A stretch of DNA of 64,000 bases from Camelus dromedarius (taxonomy: Eukaryota), in assembly GCF_036321535.1 (NCBI RefSeq), contig NC_087447.1, positions 47,866,001 through 47,930,000 of the forward strand. Reading direction: 5' to 3'. The translations under genes were made by a program, and so were the position numbers. The notes under the pieces are model-generated. The model was not told where the DNA came from, searched no databases, and was given only the letters and a program-made list of their open reading frames with translations. Shown in pieces: positions 32,666 through 42,883 of the stretch. Within the stretch, counting starts at the first letter, position 1. The number at the start of each line of letters is the position of its first letter.

Positions 32666-35600
32666 ATGGCGGACGGGGCGACCCGGTCCCCGCTTTATCG
32701 CAGCGTCTCGTTCAAGCTGCTAGAGCGCTGGAGCGGCGGACCCGGGCCGAGGGAGGAGGCCACAGATCCCCCCGGGCTGCGGCGGCGCGCCTCGTGCCGG
32801 CCGGCCTCGGCCGTCCCGGGCCAGCCCTCCCGGCGCGTGTCCAAGCTGGCGTCGGGGCCCCCGGCCGCCCCCGCGCAGCCGCGCCCGCTCCGCAGCCTCT
32901 CGCCGTCGGTGCGCCAGCTCTCCAGGCGTTTCGACGCGCCGCGTCTGGACGACAACTCCACTGGGACCCGAGACGGGGGCGTCTCCCCCGCGGCCGCGGA
33001 AGAAGCGGCGGAGGGAGCCGCGCGCGGGGCCTGGCCCAGCGTCACAGAGATGCGCAAGCTCTTCAGTGGCCCTGGCTCCAGGCGGCCCAGTGCCGACTGT
33101 GAGGCCTCAGGGACACCCAGCCCCGACGGTGCCGCGTGGGCGCCCCCGACCCGGGAATCCCGGCAGCCACCGACGCCACCTCCTAGGACTTGCTTCCCCC
33201 TGGCGGGCCTGCGTTCGACGCGGCCGCTGCCCGGCCCAGGGACCGAGGGGAGGAGGCGGCGGCAGCAGCAGCAGCAGCAACAGGAGCGAGCGCAGCGTCC
33301 GGTGGATGGTTTACATTCTTGGCATAGCTTCTCCCAACCGCAGGCCTGGGCCCGGGCCTCCTGCTCCTCCTCCATTGCTTCCTCCTATCCTGTCAGCCGC
33401 AGTCGGGCTGCCAGCTCCAGCGAGGAGGAAGAGGAGGGTCCGCCGCCCCCGCTGCCCAGGGCACAGAGTCCGGCCTACCACGGCGGCCACTCCTCAGGCA
33501 GTGACGAGGACCAAGACGGTGAGGGCGGCCACTGCTGGAGAGGGAGGCCGGGGCCCAGGCCTGAAAGCTCCCTCTTGGTTAAGGACTGTAAGCCGGACAG
33601 TTATGGGTTAAATCTGGGCAGCATGGACTCGGCAGGGCGAGCCAGGAGCCCCGATCCCTCAATATCTCCAAGAGCCCCTATCGAGGAAGGACCCCCGGAA
33701 TGGGGTACTGGCTCTCCTTGTGTACCAGGTCCCCAGGAAGGACTTCGGCCCTTGTCCGACACCGTGGGGGGAGCTTTTCGCGTGGCCAAGGTGAGCTTCC
33801 CCGCGTACCTGGCCAGCCCTGCAGGTTCTCGTGGTAGCAGCCGTTATTCCAGCACGGAGACCCTCAAGGATGAGGACCTGTGGGCTAGCCGGGGTTCTGG
33901 GAGCTGGGGCGTGTATCGCTCCCCTAGCTTCGGAGCTGGGGAAGGGCTCTTAAGGCCCCAGACGCGAACCCGCAGCAAGGGACCTGTGGGCTCCTCAAGG
34001 GTGTTGAGGAATGGAGGATTGGAGCTGGACAAGAGCCGGCAACGGAAGTCCCTGTCGAATCCAGATATCGCCTCAGAGACCCTGACGCTGCTCAGTTTCC
34101 TGCGTTCAGACCTTTCAGAGCTGAGGGTCCGAAAGCCAAGTGGGGGACCCGGGGACCTTGGGAGTGGCCCCTTAGATGGCAGAGACTCACCATCAGCCGG
34201 TAGCCCAGTGGGGCAACTTGGGCCCATGCCCACCCCAGCCCCAGCCTTACCTGGCACCCGCCCCACACTGAAGGACTTGACAGCCACCCTTCGAAGGGCA
34301 AAGTCATTTACCTGCTCTGAGAAGCCCATGGCCCGCCGTCTACCCCGCACTGGTGCCCTGAAGCCCAGCTCCTCTGAACTCCTGCTGGCAGGCCCAGGTG
34401 CCGAGGACGACCCACTGCCCCTTGTCGTCCAGGATCAGTATGTGCAGGAGGCCCGTCAGGTTTTTGAGAAGATCCAGCGCATGGGTGCCCAGCAGGATGA
34501 TGGAAGTGATGTCCCCCCTGGAAGCCCTGACTGGGCAGGAGACATAACCCAAGGGCAGCGGTCCCAGGAAGAGCTCTCCGGCCCTGAGTCCACTCTGACA
34601 GATGAGGGCATTGGGGCGGACCCTGAGCCTCCTGTTTCAGCCTTTTGCAGCCTGGGTACCACAGGGGTGTGGCGACCCCTTTCCTCTTCAGCCCAGACCA
34701 ATCATCATGGCCCTGGGGCTGAAGATGGTCTGGGAGGGTGGGCCCTAGTGTCTCCTGATACCCCTCCCACACCAGGTGCCCTCCGCCGGAGACGTAAAGT
34801 CCCACCTTCAGGCCCTGGTGGGACTGAACTGAACAACGGAGAGGCAGGTGAGGCCTACAGGTCTCTGAGTGACCCAATTCCACAGCGCCACCGGGCCACC
34901 ACCTCTGAGGACCCCTCTGGGTTCTCTGTGGATAGCAACCTCCTGGGCTCTCTGAGCCCCAAGACAGGGCTTCCAGCAGCCCCAGCTGTGGATGAGGGCT
35001 TGACCAGCGGCCACAGTGACTGGTCTGTGGGCAGTGAAGAGAGCAAGGGATACCAGGAGGTTATTCAAAGCATTGTTCAGGGGCCTGGTACCTTGGGGTG
35101 TGTGGTGGATGACAGAGTGGCTGGCAAAGCCCCCAAAAAGAAATCTCTGAGTGACCCCAGCCGCCGCGGGGAGCTGGCTGGTCCTGGATTTGAGGGCCCT
35201 GGAGGGGAGCCCATCCGAGAGGTTGAGCCCGTGCTACCTCCATCCAGCAGTGAGCCCATCCTTGCAGAACGGCAGGCAGAACCTGAAGAGCCCAGTGCTG
35301 CCAGGGGCCGGGCACAGTCTGAGAGGGCCCTACCCAAGGCCCCACCTGCCCCCTCCACTGCCCATGACTTCCACCTTGATCCTAAACTGGCTGACGTTCT
35401 GTCCCCACGGCTCATCCGCCGTGGTTCCAAGAAGCGCCCAGCCCGGAGCAGTCATCAGGAGCTACAGAGAGAGGAGGGCACTCAGGACCAGACTGGTAGC
35501 CTGTCTCGGGCCCGACCCTCTTCCAAACATGTTCGCCATGCCAGTGTGCCTGCCACCTTCACACCTATCATGATGCCTGAGCTGCCAACTTCCGTTGGCC

Positions 35601-35854
35601 CCCCTGTGGCTGTGCCAGAGCCCATGGGCTTCCCTGCCCAAGCCCACACCATGTTGCAGGCACCATCATTTGAGGACATCACTAAGCAGCACATGCTGAC
35701 CCTCCACTCCGGTGAGGTCCCTGCCCCAGTGCCAGTGGACATGACCTGCTTGACTCAGGTTGTACCGCCCTCTACTGAGGCCAAGCCACCTGAGGCAGCC
35801 CGGGCTGCAGGTGAGCCTGCTCCAGCCAGCAAGTGCTGCAGCAAGCCACAAGTG
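32666..35854 (+). CDS. ARHGEF17: Rho guanine nucleotide exchange factor 17 (TEM4/p164-RhoGEF), coding part of exon 1 (1063 codons, phase-0 donor; gene continues beyond the window)
   Basis: ATG at 32666 (gccactATGG) gives MADGATRSPLYRSVSFKLLERW... with recognisable ARHGEF17 motifs (SVRQLSRRFD, SVTEMRKLF, RQRKSLSNPDIASETL, RRAKSFTCSE, KKKSLSDP, RHASVP, KCCSKPQV). Donor GTG|GTGAGT has GT at 35855-35856. I saw no DH/PH-domain exon downstream in the window. Confidence 0.96.
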
Positions 35855-38800
35855 GTGAGTCTTTGTGGGGGGGCCTTCAGGGTGGGGCTGAAGGAGGGCC
35901 ATGGACAGTGACTTCTGCAGGAGCCTTTTGAGTGTGCTCAGAGGACAGGTGCCCAGGTCTGAAGGAGCTTCGCTGGTCCTGGAAGTGCCTAGGTAGTTTC
36001 AAGAATGTTAATGACACAGGACTCCTGTCTACTTGGGCCCCAGAGGCTTCAGGCATCTGCTGGTACTAATGTCAGAGGCTCTTAGCTGCTCCAAGATATT
36101 CTGGGTGATAATTAAAAGGAATTCTAATCTAGTCCCTTAGACGTTTTTCAGGGACTGGTTTTAAAGATTCCTATCTTGTTCTTTGTTATAAATATATAAG
36201 GAGATGTAAGGCTCATTGAGCTTTCTCAAGAGCCTTGCTGCCCTATTGGCCAGACCCCTTATAGGATGTTTGAGTTTGGGGGCCCACAGTTGACATGGGT
36301 TTGCCCTTCCTCATGTGGCTTTCCTGTAGCAGATCAAAATGTGGATCTGTCCGTGGGAAAATTGGAGAGGTACAGGGCATTACTTTATGGAATAGTGGAG
36401 AGGGTTCCATAAAGTACATTGGCAGCCCTGTCCTTTCTCTGTAATTCAGCCTCCCCTTCTGTGAAATCAAGAGGGGATGTGGACAAGATGATGCCTATGT
36501 CCTCATCCAGCTGTGCTGCACAGATTTGTAAGGAGTCTGTGGGTTGGAGTTGGGGGACTCTTCTGGCCTGAGGTCTGTCAAGGTCTCTTCTGATTATACT
36601 GGGGGCCGCTGAGGGAGGGCAGAGTCAAGGAGGGGCCTTGAGAGAGATTGGGAGCAGTTCTGGCCCCCATAGGCAGGACTGTCTCTCTGGTTTAGGTTGG
36701 GGGCACTGGTCCCCCTTCCTGCCCGCTTACATCTTCTCCCCCACCACCCACTTCCTGGTGACTCTGAGATGCTTCCCTCTTTCTCTGCCAGACCCCAGGC
36801 CCTGGGGGCTCGGTCTCCCTGAGGTCTCCAATTCTGCCTTATGACTTCAGCTGTCCCTCAAGTTTTGGCCGGGGGTTCAGATGAGTTCTAGGCAGTGTGA
36901 TACCCTGGAAACTGGATTCAAGGCACTGGAATCCCTGGAGTAGGGATGGCCTGGGGTAATTTCGGCCATGGCCTGCACACCCATTGTGTTCCCTGCCAGA
37001 GTGAGGAGGCTGGAAACTGTAAACCCTGGGCTAATTTGGTCATCCCCCAGTTCTCAGCACTCTCATGACCTGCCTGAACTCTCTCTGTTTCTCTCCCTGT
37101 TTCTCCCTTTCTCTAGTTGCCCCTGGTCCTAACTCTGGTGTCTCTCACAGAGGCCGCAGAGTCAGTAGGCAGGAAGTGGGGAGAGGGGAAGTTTGGGACC
37201 TGTCCTTCCTTCTGAGAGCCTGGTAGGACAGCTCAGGTGCTCTAACGCCAGGGCCAGTTGTCTTTGGAACATGGTGGGGTTGGGAAGGGTGAGACCAGGG
37301 GCAGCTCCTGCCAGGGGCCCCTTCCCCAGATGCTTTTCCCATATAATTATCTCCTCTAGAAGACTTGGAAGGTAAATTAGGGGAAAGAGTAGGAGGGAAT
37401 TAAGGGACTCAGGGAGGGGGCTGCTCCTAAGAAGAAGCATTGAGACCCAGAGAGGAGGTGGGAGCTTTTGCAGAATTGGTTCCTGGTCTATTCCCTTCAC
37501 ATTGTCCCCTTGTCTTAGTTTGACCTCAGGGAAAAGCTTAGGGGTCCCTCCCCCAGGGGTTTATGAGGTGGAACATATCTGCCCATAACACAGGCTTCTC
37601 CCTTCCCTGAAAAGAAGCTGTCTCCAGCCTCCAAGCCTTTGCCCACTCCAGTCCTCCTACCTCTCCAGGCCCGCTTAGGGGAGAGAACTGGTGAGTCTGT
37701 CATTGGAAGAGCAGGATGTGAACCCTGGCTTCAGATTCCTGTGTGGCCTACAATCAGTCACATCCCTTACCCTTCTATAAAATGAGGGTAATAGTCTCTG
37801 CCTGGCAGGCTTGTGTACTGTGAGTGGGTGGTGTGATCACTCTTTCCCTGGGGGAAGGAGAGAGGGGCAAAAACTGGCTCCATGGCCTCAACTGCTTCTC
37901 AGCAACCAGCCTTGGCACCTCCTTCCTGCCCCACACTGGTTTCTGAGCACAGGGCTAGGCATTATGGGTCTCAGTATAACCTGGTGGACTTGAATCAGCT
38001 CAAAAGAGATTCACCATCCCCTAATTCCCCACCCACTCATAAAGCCTGGAAGTTCTCCCATCTGCTGGCCAGAATCCTCCTGCTGTCCCCTTCCTTCTAG
38101 CTCCAGGAAGGTAGGGAGCAGCTGTCCAGCCCTCCTGTTGGCCTACATGGAGGAGACAATGTTCCCTTGTTTTGGGCTTGGGCCTCCAGTCACGCTTCCT
38201 GAGTTGTGGTGATGGGTGGAGATGGTGTGGTGTGGGCTCCAGAATAAGAAGGGAAGAGGCAGTCACACTTTGCTGATGAGGCAGAAACCAGTGTGAAGCC
38301 AGTCAGGGGCCGACAGGAGAGTCCCCGGGGCAGAGTGGGCCTCTGACCCACCCTCAGCCTGCAGGGAGTCCCTCAAAGTCAGATCTTTCCCAGCCCAGAG
38401 TTCGTATTTACCCAGGCCTGGCTCAGCCTATGAGTCTCTCTGAGACCTGGACAGAGTCATCTTGGGCCTCGGTTTTCCCATCTGTACAGTGGGTAGTTAG
38501 ACTTCCTGGTCTTTGAAGCTCTATAGGAAGGGCTCAGCCTGCAGGGTAGTCAAGGGTAACAAGATGAGTTGGAGTGTGGCTGAAGGGAGGGAAAGGCAGC
38601 TCTATGCAACAGCTGTAAGAACCTCGGAGCCCAGGGAAGGAAGGATAACTCATGGTTGCCTTCGTGAACGCCTGCTTGCAGATGTGCTGCGGGGAGGAGG
38701 CCCAGCTGTGGAGCCTCCCTGCCCTGCCCCCTCCCACGCTCCTTGTCATTTCCACTTAGGCCACCATAGCCTGGATGATCAGCGATTCTTCATCCCAAGG

Positions 38801-40254
38801 CTTCCCGCACCCTGGCCTTAAAGTACAGAATCTTGTGATCCAACCTTCTGCCCTCATGTACCTGATATCCAGTTGACAGAAGTGACAGTGATAGCCCAGA
38901 AACTGGAAGTGACTTATGTCTCAGAATCAGATGGATGGACTCACAGATCTTTAGTATATTGAAACAGCAGTAACAGCGGCTAACATTGATTAAGTGCTTC
39001 CTATATGCCAGACACTCTGAATGTTTCATTCTTCAAATGTGAAAGCTGTGGGAATCTCACAGTGCTGAATTCTTAGAATTGCAGACTCTTAAATTCCCAC
39101 TGAATCCTAGAATGTCAGTGTCTTAGAGTTGAAGGGGCCTGAGGGTCCCTGTTTCTTGGTGGGATTGGCCTGCCATCTGAGTAGTGGGGCAGGGTTGGGG
39201 AGGCAATGGGGGCTTACCTGCATACCCCTAACTGTCTGAACAGCTTCACGGTAGGTATTTAATTCACTGGGGCCTGGGTTTGCGGTGGAAAGAACTCTAA
39301 GACTCGTAAAGGAGAATGCCGACTTTAAGGTCACATAGTAAGGCAGGCAGAGCCATGTCCAAGCACCACCCTGACCTTGCCTCACCCCCTTATCTTTCCC
39401 CCAGCAGACTCTTCCCCTATCTCCCAGCTTGCCCAGCCAGCTCCCTGCCTTGCTGCATGTGGAATGCCAGGCCAGCTGCAGTTCTTTGTCACCTTTCTTC
39501 TCTCTGTCTCTCCTTGGCAGGGAACCCAGGGGGGTGGGGGTTCTCTCCTTTCCCTCCTTAGCTCTTTGCTATGATTTTTCCATGGAAACTGGTTCTGGGA
39601 GGGGAGGCGATTAGGGCATTTGGAATTCTGAGCGGTACCAAATATCTATAATTAAATGTCTTGTCACCCACCCGGAGGAGGCTGAGAAGGGGGAGGACAA
39701 GCAGAGGGCTGTCCTCTTCCTCTGTTTATTCCCGCCACCTCCCCACTCCTCCCTAAGGGCGCTGGACTACTGGGGGAGTGTGGCCCAGTAATGGGTCATT
39801 CTTCCCCTCTGCCTCCCAAAAGGGAAAATCTGGGGGGGAACCAGAGTTGAGTCTGACATTTTCCAGCCCCACATTTCCAGGACCAGCTGGATTTGGGAGG
39901 CTAGGAGGCTGCTGCTAATCCTGTCCCCAGCCTCCTTCCCAGTGAAAGGACTTGCCCCCCTCATCTATGATCTCTCAGGCTACACATGCTGCCCCACAGT
40001 AGGGTGGAGTCACCCCTAGGTTGTCTGGGGAGCTGAAACACTCAGAGTATTCAGGATCTAGAAGCAGCCTAGAAGGGGCTATAAAATGTTGAGAGACTGG
40101 CCTGGGGGCTGTCAGGAGAGGCTTCCTGGAGGAGGCTCTGCAGCTTGGCCTTGAAAACTGGAAGAGTTTGAATATCCAGAGAAGAGATGGAAGGATTCGA
40201 GGAGGAGGGCACAGTATGGGCATAGGCCAGATGGTGGGAAAGAACATGGCAAAT

Positions 40255-40950
40255 TGTGCATTTATCCATTTAATAAATACTTGCTGAACCCCTAGACACT
40301 CAGGCACTTTTCTAGTCCCTGGGATACAGGAGCAAACAAAACAAAGGTCTGGCCTCATGGAGCTTCCAGACTAGTAAGGAGACCTGTCTGTAAATGGAGA
40401 CATTGTTCATCAGGGAGAGATGGGGGTTGGGGAGCAAAAGAAAGCAGAATAAGGGAATAGAGAATGATAGGGAGGAGGCACTATATTAGATTAAGAGGTC
40501 TGAGAAGACCTCTCTGAGGTGAGATTGGAGCAGAGGCCTGGAGAGAGCAAGACAGGTGGCTGTCTTGGAGGGAAGAGGGGAACAGCAAGTGCAAAGACCC
40601 TGAGGTAGAAGTCAAGAGGATTGTGTGGATGGAGTTAAGTAGAAGATGAGGTCAGAGTTAAGGGAGGGTGGAAATGGGTTGGGACCAAATGAGGTAGATT
40701 TCATAGACTAATAGGGGGTCTTCTGCGTTTATTTGAGATAAGATGGGACACGCACTGTTGGAAGGTTCAGAGTAGAACAGTGACCTGAGCTGACTTAGGC
40801 TTTCACAAGTCTGCTGACCACTCTGTGGGAGTGGATTGCAGAGGCCCTGGGTGAGATCAGGGAGGCCAGTCAGGAGGCTACTGGAATAATCTGGGCAAGA
40901 GATGATGGTGGCTTGGGCTGGGGCAGAGGCAGTAGGGTAGTGGATTTCTG
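40255..40950 (-). mobile_element. L2 fragment
   Basis: catttaataaatacttgctga...ggcctcatggagcttcca...aacagcaagtgcaaagaccctgagg...ggaggccagtcaggaggcta. Confidence 0.85.
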
Positions 40951-42414
40951 CAGACAAGAGGGCTTTGAAAGGGCTTAGACTCCAGCTTTCAAGTTGAACA
41001 TAGAGCTACTATAGCTCCTGTGTTTGGGCAGTGTGTGAGGGGTCACCTAAGTGGGGAAGGGAAGATTGACAAAGCCCCCAGGTTAGACTGGGGCAATAGG
41101 CTGCACTGGTCGCCCCCTGCAGACCTCTGTTGGCCTGGCTCAAAGGCTAGGAGGATGTAGCTGCCCAGGGCCCCAGTGAGGCAGGTGACAGTGCCTTATC
41201 CCACTGGTGTCTCCTCTGTATCCACTGTGATAGTTCCAACTTGCATGTCTCCTGAGACAGGGAGCTCACACTACCCCAAGGCAGCCCTGTCCTTTCCATC
41301 TGGTCCCAGTACATGGATGAAGGAGGCCCAGAGTAGGTAGAAGTTTGCCCAAGTATAGGATTTGGCCCAAGGTGTCCTGACTCCCAGGCCATACATTGGC
41401 CCTACAGAGTTCTCACTGAGCAGAGTTGGCGGGGATGGTGGTAGAAGGGTGGGGGAAGGGGGAGCCCATGTTTCCCAGAAAGGCTCGCAGCCCTGGCGTA
41501 CTTATTGGGAAATGTGCCCAGGCAGCCTGGCGCCTTGCTGGCAGGCCCTGAAACGGGGGCCCTGGGTCCCCTGGGAAGCAGGAGCCTATTAGAGCCATGC
41601 CCCACCCCCCCCCATGGGAGTTTATCCTCTGTGCACCCCCACCACTTCCCACCCCTAGGCCTCCGGGGCATTCCAGGGGTGGACAGAGGCAGAGGAAGAC
41701 TGCCAGGCTGCCATGTTCTGAGCTGAATGAGCCCCAGCCCATGACTTGCAGGGGCCTAGGGCCCCAGCCAAGATATCTGAGCCCCCCTCCAGTAACTGTG
41801 GGGCTCAGGAGGGATGACTTGGTATGGTGCATGGAAGTCTGCTTTAGGGGTCCAGAGGCCTATTTTCCAGCCTTAGTCTCTCCAGTTTACTACTGTGTGG
41901 CCTTAAGTAAGTCCTTTCACCTCTCAGAGCCACAGATTCCTCCATGCTCTTGGGCACCAGGAAAAACGTCCTCTCCTGCTGGGAGAAGCAACAGCTGTCC
42001 TTAGTAGGATCCCAACTTGTAGACTGAAGTGCTGGTGGGTGGACCTTGGCTCCCAGCCCCCTTAGGCTGCTGAGGAGACTGAGGCTCAGATTAGGGCTTG
42101 GACTCCCCCAGGCCTGACCCCCAGGGTGCTTTTCCCTACTACCAGCTGCTGCTGTAGGCTCTGTCCACCTCCACACATGTGGAGGGGGCCTCTCGCCCCG
42201 CGCTCATGGCAGGCAGTGGGGCTCACTCTGGGGCCTGTCCAAAGTGTTGATAATTCTGCCGCTAAGATGTTAAAACTTCCTCTGGGGCTTGGGGAAGTCA
42301 CGGGGCTCTCAGACATTCCCTGGGCAGGGAGAGAGTGAGAGGATGAGTCTTCAGAGGTACCTGAGGTGGGAGGGACATGAGCTGATTCCAGGGTCTAGGC
42401 TGGCAGATGGATGG

Positions 42415-42883
42415 TGTATTAATTTCCTATTGCTGCTGTAGCAAATTACTATGCATTTAGTGGCTTAAAACAATACAAATATTATCTTACAGTTTAGAGG
42501 TCAGAAGCAATGGATTTCACTGGGCTAAAACTTAAGATGTTAGCAGGGCTGCATTCCTTCTGGAGGTTTTAGTGGAAAACCTATTTCCTTACCTTTTCCA
42601 GCTTCTGGGGGCTGCTGGCACTTCTTGGCTCATGGCCCCTTCCTTCATTTTCAAAGCCAGTAGCTAGCATCTTCAAATTTCTCACTCTGTACCAGACCTC
42701 CTGCCTCCCTGTTACAAGGGCCCTTGTGATTACTTTGGGCCCACTTGGATCATCCAGGATAATCTCCCCATCTCAAAATCTTTCATGACATCTGGAAAGC
42801 CCCTTTTGCCATGTAAAATAACATTCACAGGTTCCGGGGATTAGGACATGGACATCTTTGGGGGGCCCATTCTGCCTATCACA
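42415..42883 (-). mobile_element. MaLR solo LTR (MLT1 family), full length
   Basis: Starts tgtattaatttcctattgctgctgtagcaaattac and ends cattctgcctatcaca; flanked by a near-identical 5-bp TSD (gatgg and ggtgg). Confidence 0.9.

Larger units (their letters stand above)
31350..33560. promoter_or_regulatory. ARHGEF17: CpG island and TATA-less promoter/5' UTR of ARHGEF17
   Basis: Sharp rise in GC content and CpG frequency compared with the flanks. Several GGGCGG boxes, an inverted CCAAT (CTGATTGG 31946-31953) and an adjacent ETS-type ACTTCCG (31954-31960). Confidence 0.9.

Noticed and set aside
32080..35742. Long antisense and alternate-frame ORFs overlapping ARHGEF17 exon 1 (194, 226, 161, 181, 168 and 191 aa)
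   Set aside because: Expected shadows of a very GC-rich coding exon; low complexity and no recognisable domains.
35855..35911. ORF-track C-terminus VSLCGGAFRVGLKEGHGQ of the 1130-aa ORF
   Set aside because: Read-through past the GTGAGT donor into intron 1.
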